In this document: one piece after another, positions 12,677 to 24,983 of the stretch
Layout: each line of letters begins with the position of its first letter
Numbering within the stretch: position 1 is the first letter of the stretch
From: Rhodosorus marinus CCMP1338
Taxonomy: Eukaryota; Plantae; Rhodophyta
Assembly: GCA_029953675.1 (NCBI GenBank)
Contig: JAMWBK010000002.1
Span: forward strand, 1,612,001-1,676,000
Reading direction: 5' to 3'
DNA length: 64,000 bases
Program-made: the position numbers and the translations under genes
Notes under the pieces: model-generated
Told to the model about the DNA's origin: nothing
What the model saw: only the letters and a program-made list of their open reading frames with translations
Database searches by the model: none

Positions 12677-15310
12677 ATGAGGCTTTGCTTTTTAGCGAAC
12701 TTTTCGCCACCAGTATTTCGTCGAGGGTACAGATCTGTGGTAAAGGTGCGATCCGGTGATGGCAATAGAAGTGCGGATGACGTCGCCGACCACCTCTTGA
12801 AGCAGCGATTTGTTGAAGAAACCGAGGCATCCTGGATCCGGACAATGACACCTGCCAGAGCGGCGAGAATAGAAGAAGCGCTTCTGAAACGAAACGATGC
12901 GGTGTGCGTCCTCCTCAACGGCGCCAGAATGAATCCCTTCGATGCTGCCGCAGTGGTTAGATCATGTGATGCTTTCGGAATCCAGAATCTTTTCCTCGTC
13001 CCCAACGCAGAGCTGACGTATGTCAGACGGGAGCATCTTTGACCAGATTCGCTTGGAGCGAATTTGACTGACCTGCTTTACGCTTCCTCCTCTTCAGCAG
13101 GAAGAACGATCGAAAAAAATTCCGTGTGAGAACCAGCGAGCCACAGCACGTCTCTGATGTGAAACTTTCGAGGCAAATTAAGAAGGCGACCGCAGGCGTG
13201 GAAAAATGGCTAACAATCCATCAACCGATGTCAGTTGAACTGGCTGCTTCTTCGCTGAAGAGTCAAGGATTTCAAGTTCTTAGCATGAATGTGGACCGTA
13301 ATCTTACGCCGTCTCGCTCACGACGAACGCCGTTGCGGGAGATAAACTTTGAACGTAAAACAGTAGTTTGCCTCGGCCTTTCAGCCGAAGAAGAACAGGC
13401 TTTTGCGGACTAGTGAGCTCTACTTGCGCGTCTTAAGCATAAGAGCCTTTTGGAACTAATTTTCTCAAAACCTGAATTGTCTCTTGGGTTCTCTCCTTTT
13501 TGCGATGCAAGTCATGCGACATTACCAAATCTCGGCGTTGGAAATGGTCTTACACTATCCATAGCAGCAGCCGTTTCACTGTCGATCGTTGTCAAGGAGG
13601 TTCGAGAGCAGCGTGGCGGTCAGAATTTTTACTTACCTCCTGCAGAGAAGCGGTCGATCTGCACTGCCTGGCGAGCTGGAGCAATTGAGCCCAGGAAGTT
13701 GGACCCAGAGGTATTCACAGAAATGGGAAACGCTTCTCCATCCGACTCAAGCGTTGGTTGCTCAAGAATATTATTCGTTATTCTGGCCCTCTAGGATATC
13801 AAGTTCAACGATCAGCTGCCGACTGGTCTTAGCAAGGAGCAAGAGAAACGGCTCTTGGAAGGAGGATTGTTCCAGTCTGGCTCAAGCATAGCGGAAATCG
13901 TGAAGCAGTTTTCGACTCCAGATTCTCTCGGTTGTGAGATCAAGGGGTCGTTTGTTGCGCGGAGAAGAACCGTTCTTTCTCAGATATCTTTGCGTAGGAG
14001 ACGAGAGCTTATGTACTCGACGGTTGTAGGTAAGGTATCCTAGCTCTGTCAGAGTTGCAACGAGAAATCCGCTGCCTCGGAAACTGCTAAAAGGCGTATT
14101 TCTTTCGATCACAGGACTTTGTTCTGTACTTGCCAAATCGTCCATACCGGGTTTAGAGTCGGTTGATCTACACCTGGTAAAGAACTGGTTTAAGATAGCT
14201 ATCAAATCGGTTAACGAGAACTTCATGAAGAATTGCTTCGACGAGGCTGGGAATCCGGTATCGCCGTACACGGGGCAGGCAGAGGAGAGAATTGCTCAGG
14301 CGAACTGGAGGGTAGGAAGACCAATATGTTTTCACGGAGCCCCGGACATTGGCTCGGATCTGAGATAGTTGATTTTCACACTCGACCGCTTCAGACGCCT
14401 GAAGCGGCTCTTACCGCTGTGGAGGAACTTTGTTGTAGGATGGGTTTTGATAGCCGGTCTCGTTTCATTTCCCATGCGAACCGCTCGGATGCAATTACGA
14501 TCGTAGCGAGGATTTTCAAGCAGCCTTTGTTGGACGGAGAGGCTTCCGTTGATGTCCATGAGAGGTAATTCAACTGAATCAAGGCATTGGATCTTACATC
14601 GTGGCAACTCCTTCGTATCTAAAAGCTCTTCTTTTCTCTTGTCTGACCGCTCATCTGTGTTAGAGCGCAGCGTATTGGGAGATCATATACAATGGAGAAG
14701 ATCCCGCTCGGGTACCCGTACAAAAGGGAGCTGTGGCAAAAATGGACTCAGCTCCTTGAAGAAGATATCGATTGTACGGAAGCAAGGAAGAGACGCTCAG
14801 ACGAGGGTCAACAGCTTGGACTGAACACTCTCCTCAAAACTGTTCCCCAACGGCAAGCAGACAAACCCCAGAGTTCGCCTGACCTTGACGCACTTGAACT
14901 GGCCATACGACTTCAACAATGTGCGTATTGTGCTGCGCAACTTCACACGTGCATTTGGGAGAGAGTAGCTCGCGGCAGATGTACCAAGAGGCTGCGAAGC
15001 AAGCGCCTAGCACCGCTGGAGGTGAGTCAGTCGCTTTGTTTCCACACGCCATTTGCACATCCTTGTGTCCAACAAATTGTGAATTCCGAAATTGGCCTGA
15101 ATCAATGCGTATGAAACGGATTCCCAGTCTGCACTCGTTGAAGGGGCACTTGAGCCATCATCTGTCGCAGCGAGAGAGGAAGATCTCCTCCCACGTCTGA
15201 GCTGTGAGCTCCTGTTCGATATAGCATCTCTCCAATTGGCCCTTGAGCGTTCGCCCGGGAGGGGCAAGAATACCTCTACCCAAGCTCTTGATACATACCT
15301 AACCACCTAA
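12677..15310 (+). CDS. SpoU/TrmH-like (SPOUT) RNA methyltransferase homolog with probable organellar targeting peptide and long C-terminal extension
   Basis: RIEEALLKR...AAVVRSCDAFGIQ, ATAGVEKWL, LPNLGVGNGLTLSIAAAVSL. In-phase intron 13711-13794 joins LDPE|DIKFNDQ; later exons run to TAA 15308-15310. N-terminus MRLCFLANFSPPVFRRGYRS is Arg-rich and lacks acidic residues. One internal splice phase (~14312-14368) is unresolved. Confidence 0.72.
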
Positions 15311-15422
15311 TACATTTACATCAACGACGGATCGGCGAATGCTTGGTGCTTCAGCACTAGCTCATTAATTAATAAACAGAATGTACATCAGTCCACGCCA
15401 TAAAGAACGCTCAATCGTCGCT

Positions 15423-17646
15423 CTACTCTGGAGGGGTCGAGAAGCTCTGAAGTAGCTGTGAGCTGTCCGCGAGCGTTCTCAAAGCCCGCCAGTAAACACC
15501 AGCTGCCGCCTTGAACTCCAGAGCATCTTTTTCGCTTTGTATCCAGTCAAGCCAAACCTATCTCGAGCAACATCGCGATCACGCGCACATTCGGTTTAGC
15601 TCGGTTTTCTTCGCGCAAGTGAGAGCTTTTCACTGTTCACTACCTCTGTATCGGTTTCGCCACATGCTTGAGTACGTAGAGTATAGAGTTTTCGCAGCTT
15701 CTTCAGAGCATGCGTCTGCTTCTCTACTTTGATGGCCTCCCTAACGACTCCTTCGTGTGGACCAGGTGCAGAATTCAGCATTAGCTCATAAGCCGATCGA
15801 GCCTCCGACTAAATTGAAAATCGAAAGGACGTGTGTACAAACAGAAAATCTCAGTTTGATGCAAACTTGGGCAGCGAGCGAACAAATAGATCAGTTTCTC
15901 TTTTTTCGGAGTGGCCGTACCAAAGTGCCGTGAGACCTCAAGAATGCAACCCACAGCGCACCGATTGTGTCGTTGTAGTTACGAATATTGGAAAAGAGCC
16001 GATTCTGCAGCTGCCTACTGACGTCCTCGACAGCTGGTCTTTCCTCGCCTTCCCGAGAAAGCCAAACTCTTATGTACTCACGGCACTCGCTCGGCGATGA
16101 TTTCTCGTCGAGCTCAGGCGTTCCTGGCCTGTGGGTAGCCGAATTGAACCGTGTTAGTCCGTTAGAATGCTTGCGCGGATCATGGTGAGTTGTGCCCTAC
16201 ACGAACTGTTCATCTTCGACGCTAATTGTGAATCCTTGTTTCCTGGCATCCAGTAGTGTCTCTTCTACACTTGGGAGAGATTTGGAGAGAGAAGAGTTCT
16301 TCTGGATAAACGTCGTACAAGCTTGCCACAAGGTTTCGGATTCAAGCTCTAGCGCTTTCTTTCTCATCTCCGTCCAGGCGTCGAGTATGGCCTTCTCTGA
16401 CCATTCTGTCAACGTCAAAAAGCGATTTCGTATCAGAGGAAGCCACAATAGAATGCCGTATCGCTGAAACTGAAGCTTTTGTCCCACCCTCGCCATCGAC
16501 AAAAAATCGCAGGGCAGCAGCTTCGAGTACAGAAGGATCCTCTGGAAACCTTCGGACCAGGTTTTCAGCCACTTGTGCGGTGAGGGTGGTTGGTACTAAG
16601 GGCAGCTGCTTGCAGACTTCGAGGTACTGGCAAAAGTAATTCTTCGTCTCATGACAATTGTCAACGTCATCTCCGAGTGCTCCCAGCGCGCCGGTCAATA
16701 CGGTAATAACAACACCACCCTGCCAAAACCCAAGTCCACTAGTTGCTTCGCTATCATCTGTGTGTTTTGTGGATACGAAGAAGAAACCACGCGAAAGACA
16801 TCGATGAGGAAATGTCGAGGGGCACCTTTCCTCACTGCTGAAAGGTTTGAGAGCTACCTGACGCTTCGATTCCGAGGGCTTTTCGTCTTGCCCTGAGTTT
16901 TGACAAGTAGACCACCTCCAAGCGATAGTACTCTAACCACAATTTTCGAGACTTGGGTATGGCTCGAAGAGACCTCTGGGCCAGCCGCCTTGCAGTTTTT
17001 GTATTCGCGTTGCCTTCAAACTCCCAAGACCAGGCGGCAAGCCATAGATCTTCGTTCATCGGGTGCAGCGCCAAAGCCCTGGCAAATACCTATGTCGCAA
17101 GCAACACCTGCATTTTAATAGGAGAAAAAAACAGAACGGAGTGTTTCTCTTACGAAAGTATACCTTTCCCGCGGCCCTGGAACTCCCACTCTTCACGCAG
17201 TGACGTGCGTACTGCATCCAAAGCTCTGTGTCGCCTTTGAATCTCTTGACTGCGCGGTTGTAAGTGTGGATGATCCTTAGAAGCGAAAGAGGTCGACAAC
17301 GATAGAGCAAAGAGTGTGAGAACGGTCGTTGGATAGCTCGAGTGTGAAACGGTCGGGTCCCTCACGGATACCTTCTGTTGGACAAGGCCTTCACTTTAGT
17401 ACGGATTTTCTGGTTCGTCCCTATTCTCTCGAACCTGGTCTTGAGCAGAAGCTCACAGTTCAGTTCATGGCGAACGCATCTCATATAGTCCCTCCTCGTC
17501 GCATCTTGCCTCAAGATCCTCTGCTCCATATCGCGATACTTTTTAACCAGACTTTGAAGCTCCTCGACTGAGAGAAGCCTTGCTCTCATTAAGAGTCGAA
17601 GATCAGGAAGCAGGCTTTCCAGTCTCTTCTCAACTAGATCTCCCAT
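15423..17646 (-). CDS. UTP6: U3 snoRNA-associated protein 6 (HAT repeats), multi-exon
   Basis: MGDLVEKRLESLLPDL...DYMRCVRHELNCELL, YNRAVKRFKGDTELW, ALHPMNEDLW...ARRLAQRSLR...LWLEYYRLE, C-terminal VYWRALRTL; stop at 15423-15425. Confidence 0.9.
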
Positions 17647-18553
17647 TGCAGGTTACAGAAAGTTATCCAGTCAGTTAAACAGAGCCACAAAAGGTCTTGA
17701 AAAGATCATCCATCTTTTTGAACTACTCTCTTCACAATGATTTAGCAGGCACAATTCCATCCTCTTGACCCTTTTACGACTATGACGTTCGTGTGTCCAC
17801 TCGTAATTCTCGATGTGCGGCCGGGCGCGACGTCCCGAAGGAGTTTAGACAAACTATCTTGATTAAGAACTCAGAGCGCAATACGTGTTTCTTGATTTAG
17901 AGCTCGACGTAGATTTTCTATTCATGGTGATGTTGTTATTGACCATAACTTCAAAATATGGACTTTTCAGAGGAAAGAAACGGTACGTAATTTAGTTGAA
18001 CCCTTATCTTTCGGCCTATACTACGAAAGTTGTTCTTAAATATTTCGTATTCTCATAATGAAGCTCGAAGATGACTAGATTTATAGTCGTCAAGCAGTCT
18101 CGAAAGTCTAGCGGGTGACTTAGGGCTCCATAGCTCAACTGGAAATTATGTTCGAGCAGAAGATCAAGATAGTCTAATGAACCAAAAGGATGAGTGAGCT
18201 CTTCGCCTCGGTGTGTCGGGCGCACGTACTATGGACGTGCGCTCATGGGCTCCGTAAGGGAGGTAAATCTTGTTGAGCGATTTCCAACAAACTTCTAGCG
18301 AAATCACAATTTGTCCGGAGGCTTTTATGCACCTAGTTCTATGTCGTGGGAGAAGAAAGCGCGATAGACCCTCCGGTGAAATGTATCGTTCATATTCCGC
18401 AGCTGCTTGATCTTCCTGAGCAGAGGTGTGCTATTGGCACGCTCAGGAAGACTCAATAAAACTGCGGGCTTGTCGTTTGTTCAAGAGGTGTGGTCGGCTG
18501 CTGATGGATGAACGGTCGGTGTTTCATTTACAAAGATTCCTAGCGCAGCCTGC

Positions 18554-19533
18554 TCAGGTCTGTTGTCGTCTCCTGGTCTCCTTTTCAAATTGACGTTTCA
18601 AAGCTGATATCGATTTCTTTGCTTGATCAACTGCATTCTGATATTGCTCCTCCCGCTTCTTGACCTGTGCAATCGATTTCTTCTGTGCCTGCAGCTTCTC
18701 CCGAGGAAACGACATTGCCTTCTCCCTCTCCTCGATCCTGAGCTTGCTTTCCTGTATTAAGACGTCCAGGGAGCAACATTCGCTAAGATACCTTTGACCC
18801 TCGTCGCGCAAATGTACTATATCGGCCGTTAAACTACGTCACATGAAGACATGAAGCTCAGCACAGCGTCCCTCACAATTCTTAAGGTGGATGGCCAGCT
18901 CCGCTAGTTCAATTCTACCTTCGATCAAGCACCTGAAGTTGCTTTCGAGCAGATATAAGCGCCCTTCTCTGGCCGTCCAGTACGGAACGTTGGCGAATTC
19001 GCAGGGCTTTATTGCGTCTCGATTCCCGCTTATAGCCTCGTGATAATTCGTCCACCATATTTGTAGTATACTGGCATAGTGCTACCGCTTTCCTCAACCT
19101 TGTCATGGTCTCACGAAAGACAGACTTGTAGTCTTGAAACAAGTCTGCACCACCACGGTTATCCACAGCGACAACGTCAAAAGTCTGCAGTAGAGGGGCC
19201 GGACGTGTCAGGCAGGCGAGAGACGCTTGCAAACGACTCAGTGACGGCTTAGATCAACGTTACCTCGGTAGGGTCCGTATTGTTCCCCGACTCCGAATCA
19301 CAAGCGTAAAATCCATGAACCGTTACGACCTTTTCAGCTTGTCCTAGACAAATATGGCACTTGAGTCCTTTGGTCCGCCGGCGGGTTGCCCAACAAACCG
19401 CATGCACTGCATGGCCACATTGGGGACATACGACTTTCCCAGACAATTTTCCGTTGCAAATCCAGCAGCCAAAAGAAACAATCTGCTTGTCAGCGGTCAC
19501 ACACGTCGTCGCCCCCAAGTCATCAATCTTCAT
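18554..19533 (-). CDS. RING-H2 (or PHD-like) zinc finger plus coiled-coil protein, probable E3 ligase
   Basis: CWIC-x9-CPQCGHAVHAVC-x11-CHIC followed by two coiled-coil exons (ORFs 18915-19232 and 18554-18811). Confidence 0.7.
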
Positions 19534-20942
19534 GCTGATGATTCACGACAGTTCTCGTTTGAAAGCACGTTGATATCCTCTTCTAGCTAGCTCCAGCATA
19601 TTCCAGGAGGCATCACGATCCCCTACAGATCATATCTGATAGAATCCACGCCAGGTACGTGCTCCGACCGGGTCATCCAAATCTTAGGTCCCACATACTA
19701 ACAGAGACTGCGGGTCTCGTCCCTCTTCAGAAAAGAAAATGATCGACTGTTTGACGGGCTGCTTCAATGAATAAACGTTCGTACATCACCAATCGTCAAA
19801 TTCCTCCGCACCCGGAAAATTCTCACTGGGAGTTGCTCCCAACCATCCTCAATAGCAACTTGCAATCGACACGAAGCAAACGAAGTACCGAAACCCTATT
19901 ACTCCCGGCAACGTCCGATGGACATAACTTTCGGAACCCTTTCTCCCGCGAAAAAGTATAATAATGACTGATAGAACAATCAACATTGATAATGATTGAG
20001 AAAAGTCCCATACATCATTTTCAGTCAATAAGTATTATAATGATTGTATTTCCTCTTTCCTTTTTCGCGACAGCTTTGCTGACGTTATCCGACTTTGAAT
20101 TTTTCTTTATTCTCCGATTGTTTTGTTTCGATTTGCCCTGATGGGCAGTATTGAGATACCCAGAGAGTCTGTCTATCCAAATTTAAACAGAGAATCTCGT
20201 TTTGGATATTTGTGTCATCAGGTACATAGACTGCGGAGTCCCCTCGCTGGCTGAGAGCGTTCCCACGTACGGAAGCTTCTAATGTGTATGGCAAGGACAA
20301 CTGCCGTGTACATTGGAAGATAGTTTCTGGTGAAAGATTGTCGGTCGAGAGTAACTGACTCATGCACATTGACTGGATTTCCAGCTTCACTCTTCTGGGC
20401 TAGCAACGCGATGTGATACACTGTTGTTGAGGGCCTCAGAGGATTGGAAAACCTCCCACTGCACCAATTCGAGGTGACCAGGGGCTCACAAGACGAAGGC
20501 ATACAGTTTTGAAGGCCTCGAGGGTAGTCTGTGCTCTTCCCGGTTCTTAGTTCTGGGCAGCAGGCTGAGGTTTTCAGGCCCCTTGTCGGGTGACCAAATA
20601 ATAGTGCGCTCTCGTTCTTGGTGAAAGGGGGTCGTTCAGGGGGTATTAGAGGAAAACAATTGTATGTTTCAGCTTCTTTTCTAAATGCATTCAGCCGGTG
20701 ATAGTTTTTTCGGTATCTGGTTGATCCTGGATTCTCCTCGGGGGAGTCCACTTTGTTGCCAACCGGTGCTGTATGAGTAGTCCATGGTATTTACGAAAAC
20801 AGAAAACCCAAGAGCCCAATAATGTGAGAGATGGTGTTTAGGAGGTCCCTTCGGAAGGAATTTTTTTCTGCCAAACGTGTATTGATATTTGTGAGGGTTG
20901 TATAGAAGAAGCCTTGAAGGGGATGACTTCTGGATGTTGTAG

Positions 20943-21622
20943 GTGAGGGGGGTCGCGGTCTGACTGTTCAAAGTGAATTGAGACCGACGAGAGCTCGGCC
21001 TTTGTCTGAGATGGGCGACAAGTGGACTGGTGATTATCAGCCTTCAGGCTGGGGCACGAGGTTGGTGGGGTTGGAATATTATCAGAGTGCTCGTCTGTAT
21101 CCACCCAGGCCGAATACTGATCCTTCAATCCTGTCTCCGGGAGCTTCTTATTCGCATTTGCATGGTCGCTTTACCCCTGCAGCATCTGACTTAGGTGATG
21201 TGAGTCCTTCGCTGTATGCACCAGCCAACTATCTTGCGTCGAGAGGAGAATACCCTGATCCTTCCAGCGATCGTAAGTGCACGGCCGGTTCAGATGAAGG
21301 AGCCGCCGGTGAGAGCGCAAGCGGTATGCACATTTCAGAATATCCACTGATTGCAGAATTCGCCCCACCAACAACCCATTGCTGTAGCGAGCCTACTTTT
21401 TTGCTGAACTTGGTGCCTGAAGACGCTGAGCAATATCCACATGTTGATGGAGCTGATCAAGGAAGGCGGAACGTCTACGGGAGCAGCAACCCGACCAACA
21501 GTTGCTATCCGGATGAGTACTATCCACCGCTGGACTATCAAAGTCCGAACCCGAGGGATCCGGAATCGGTCGGACCCGACCCTGGAAACTTTTTCATACC
21601 AGGCAACAATGATACATTCTAG
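20943..21622 (+). CDS. Probable terminal exon of a hypothetical Pro/Tyr/Ser-rich disordered protein; upstream exons unresolved
   Basis: Open frame from acceptor gttgtag at 20942 to TAG 21622; YPP/YQSP-rich; no domain recognised. Confidence 0.4.
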
Positions 21623-21791
21623 GAAGGCGTACAACGCGATATGCGAGCTCCCGTCGCTGACACAATAAAGATTTCAACAGCTGGACAGTCAGCGAACTAG
21701 TAGAAGATGCCAGATAGCCATTGACGTCAAGACGAAATTAAGTCGAAACAACTGCTCTTTGAAGTAAAAACCAAGCGAGCTGCTAAAGAAG

Positions 21792-21831
21792 CGGAAAACT
21801 ACGTATGTTTTTCAACGTACGTAGTTTTCCG
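21792..21831. other. 18-bp hairpin with one G.T pair and a 4-nt loop
   Basis: CGGAAAACTACGTATGTT-tttc-AACGTACGTAGTTTTCCG. Confidence 0.93.
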
Positions 21832-22771
21832 ATCCTAAATTCGTACGAAAACAGGGACTCAAGAAGCTAGTTGTGGAGGCCCAGTGTACTATACTAGCCC
21901 CCAAGTACTTCTCATTTCATAGAACATCACTGATTCCCCAAAATATGCGAACGTACATAAATTTAGTCGTTGTAGAGTCTCTCTTATCTCCTGCTTCATC
22001 TATGATTCTATTTCTAATATAATTATGACTTTCTAGTTCTAGACGTTCCATTGAATTTAACTGGTGAAAATTCAATGGAATATAGGACGAGGGATTAAAA
22101 TAGCCCCTGTCGTTGCGCCAGTTCACTTGTCGAAAAGCGAGAGCAAACCGATGGCCGTGGCTGTGTGCTTTTGCTTGTGTTTAGATTTTTCTTTCGTCAG
22201 AGTCATGGCTTCCGGGGGGGATTATCAGCCACCCTTTATTCACTGGAGCCCACTAAGCGCCGATATTAGGTAGGGTACTGGCGGTTTTCTTTTTTACATT
22301 CGGTAGGTTCGAATTGATCACGTCCAAACTTGAGAATTGATTCACCAAGAGGATCCTTTTGGCACAAAGTCAATGGCCAACAAGAACCGAAGGACCTTTT
22401 GGACAGTGACAGAGTAGCAGTCACTGCACTCAAGCCGAAATGTGCAGAACAAGCTCTTTTTCAAAATTCTACCACATCTCCTGTGGCGAGCCTGGTACTC
22501 ACTCCACTTTCGTTCTTGCTGCTTCATGCGCACAAAGCAGTCGCTGGAGAGTAGAGTCTTTGTGGTTTGCTGTTACTTGGCGCTTTCGGCTTTCAGAAGT
22601 TTCGCGGGAGAAAACAACTCAGAACTTCCATCGAGCAGAAATCACCCTGGATGAGGGACTCATAAACAGCGGTAGGCTCAGCCCCCTACGCCATCTGATA
22701 CTGAAACCCAGAGGGCATGGAGATCTTGGTCTCCTCCCTTGCAGGGGTCCCATCGCGGGAACATCATCGCC

Positions 22772-22792
22772 AATAATAACAACAACAACAAC
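22772..22792. repeat. (AAT)2(AAC)5 microsatellite
   Basis: aataataacaacaacaacaac. Confidence 0.85.
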
Positions 22793-23478
22793 AGCAATTC
22801 ATTACAGCAGTTGTTAAAAGCATTCCAATATAATCGGGTCAGTTTGGATACTAGAATTGGACTAATCGTGGTCATACCAAAAACTCCCGGGAGGAGAAGG
22901 GGCCTTGTTCACAAAACAAGTCACAAATCTAAATGTACACAAATGTGGACGCGCTATCTTTATCAGGTTCTTTTTCGAACCCTAACTTACGGTTTTCAAA
23001 AGAAATCACAGATCTCATCCAGTCTGCAATTTTTTCCAGGGGTATGAAAAGTCGAGTCGAAGGAGATTGCCAAATAGGCTTCCAACCGGCCCCCCCCCTT
23101 ACCAACTCTTATATGGAAAACCGAATTTAGCTTTTTACGTAAATTTTTGTGGCCAGGCTCTGTTTACAACACCAGCTTTGTGAGGTGTTTCGAGTTTTGC
23201 GTTTTTCAAGGGTGATTGCTCTATTAGGGGTGGAAAGCGGGTGTCGGCGGAAGTTGAGTAAGAAAGGGTGTGCTGTAAAAGGAGAGTATATATTTGCGTG
23301 TAGCAAATCGGGTGGAACGTCCGAGTGTTATTAGGAGGAGAATCTGTTGGTGCATATTTTACCGTTCGGCCGTGTGGTTTGGAAAGGAAGTAGGGTGGAG
23401 GAGGGAAGTGGTTACGTATAATTTGTGACGAGTGCAACTTTTTTTTTTGGTTCCAAGTGGTGAGTGGTGAGGAACAAG

Positions 23479-24222
23479 ATGGCGAACAAGGGGGATGGAG
23501 GATTCCAACCGACGGGCACCGATCCGCTAATGATGGGACCGGCGGGAGTTCCACAGTATCCATTTACGGCTGCTCATACTGCGCAGACGCAGTTTACCCA
23601 GGCGGCGAATGGTTTGGATTATGTCCCCCGCTCCGACATAGAACCGAAGAGAACTACGGGGGAAATGCGGGAGTTCCCCGTGCTCGGGGAATATGATGGA
23701 GCGAACGATGGTAATCTTAGTGCTGAGTACCCTGCGGCTTCTGCGAGCGCCCCGTCTGCGCCCGCCCTGGATGACCTGACGAAGACAGGCGAAGTATCTG
23801 CACTGGAGACTGGGCCGCAAGCACGAAGCACAGGGGGGGTTAACCATGTTTCAGACAACCAACAACAAGGAGTCGGATACGGTGACGCGTACAACACCCC
23901 CGGAAGTGCTCCAAGCTCTGGATATGGGGGCATGGCTCCTCCTCATTCACATCAGTATGGACAGCCAAGCGGAGGCTACGGATACCCTCCGGCACCTGGA
24001 TACAATGGCCAAACCCCAATGCAGCCGCAGTATTCTTCCGGCTATGGCAATGTGCCTACGGGCTACCCACAACAGGGGTATGGACCCCAGCCGGGCTACC
24101 CGAACATGCCTCCCAGCCAGTGGGTTGCTCCTAATCAGCAGCCAGGTTGGAGCTCTGAGCAAGTCCCGGGCAATTCGGGCGCAGCGCACGCGGCGAACAG
24201 TACACACTTGTGGAACCATTAA
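23479..24222 (+). CDS. Hypothetical intronless Gly/Pro/Tyr/Gln-rich low-complexity protein
   Basis: 247-codon ORF from ATG 23479; repeats such as YGQPSGGYGYPPAPGY and GYPQQGYGPQPGYP; purine-rich leader. Confidence 0.75.
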   Translation: MANKGDGGFQPTGTDPLMMGPAGVPQYPFTAAHTAQTQFTQAANGLDYVPRSDIEPKRTTGEMREFPVLGEYDGANDGNLSAEYPAASASAPSAPALDDLTKTGEVSALETGPQARSTGGVNHVSDNQQQGVGYGDAYNTPGSAPSSGYGGMAPPHSHQYGQPSGGYGYPPAPGYNGQTPMQPQYSSGYGNVPTGYPQQGYGPQPGYPNMPPSQWVAPNQQPGWSSEQVPGNSGAAHAANSTHLWNH

Positions 24223-24983
24223 GCAGAACTTTGTACAGGTCAAAAACAACTGGTTTCGAGAAAATGTCAAACTAAGCCGTCGGGCATGAAGCTCTTGGTA
24301 GTCGCGGGGTTCAAACTCCCCACGTGAGTTACAATGGCACCGTCTGGTATCGTTAATGAGCAGCAGGTTTGCCCAACTTGGACAAAAGTAGATGAAAAAC
24401 CTTTCGTATGAGAGATGGTGCGGAAGTGAACGGTGTGAATTGCTTCGGATAAAGTGGTCGATCGATTGGATCCACGATTTTTCCCTCTATATATGTGGCC
24501 GGGGCATACGCGAATGTGACCCGGTATTCAGCCTCAGGTTTCTTACATGAGAATAAAACAGCTAAGACAAAGCTTTTGTATTGAACTTGAAGAGTAGGTA
24601 TCTGAGACTGAATGTTTTCGCCTCGCAGACTGGACCATTGGATCGCTAAACAAACCTTAACCTTGCCCCACCCGCTCATGGCACTCAGCCTCGAATCAAT
24701 CAAGAATTCTCACAGTTAATATGCATCCGGATGGGCATCCTGGTTGGTTTGACCACAAAGGGTCGTTCGTGCGTCCAGCGTATTGCAGAGATGAGTGTCC
24801 AATTCCTCCTGGAGCTTCTTCCAGGACGTTACAACCTAAGAGTGATCAGCACCTACAAAATTGGATCTGCCCTGAATAGGATAAGATAACACTATACGGG
24901 ATTTGGCAGGGTATGAGCGAGGGCTTAGTCCGTTTGTTCTGGATCTCAGGGTCAATCGATACTGAAGGCGAACCGGGAGCAGA

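Noticed and set aside
17819-17845. GCCGGGCGCG resembling the SRP RNA 5' end
   Set aside because: No further Alu-domain or S-domain sequence
18220-18242. 8-bp inverted repeat GCGCACGT/ACGTGCGC as a Helitron 3' hairpin
   Set aside because: No CTRR terminus downstream; length plausible by chance in 64 kb
24300-24325. T-arm-like GCGGGGTTCAAACTCCCC suggesting a tRNA
   Set aside because: No D-arm/A-box, anticodon arm or acceptor pairing around it
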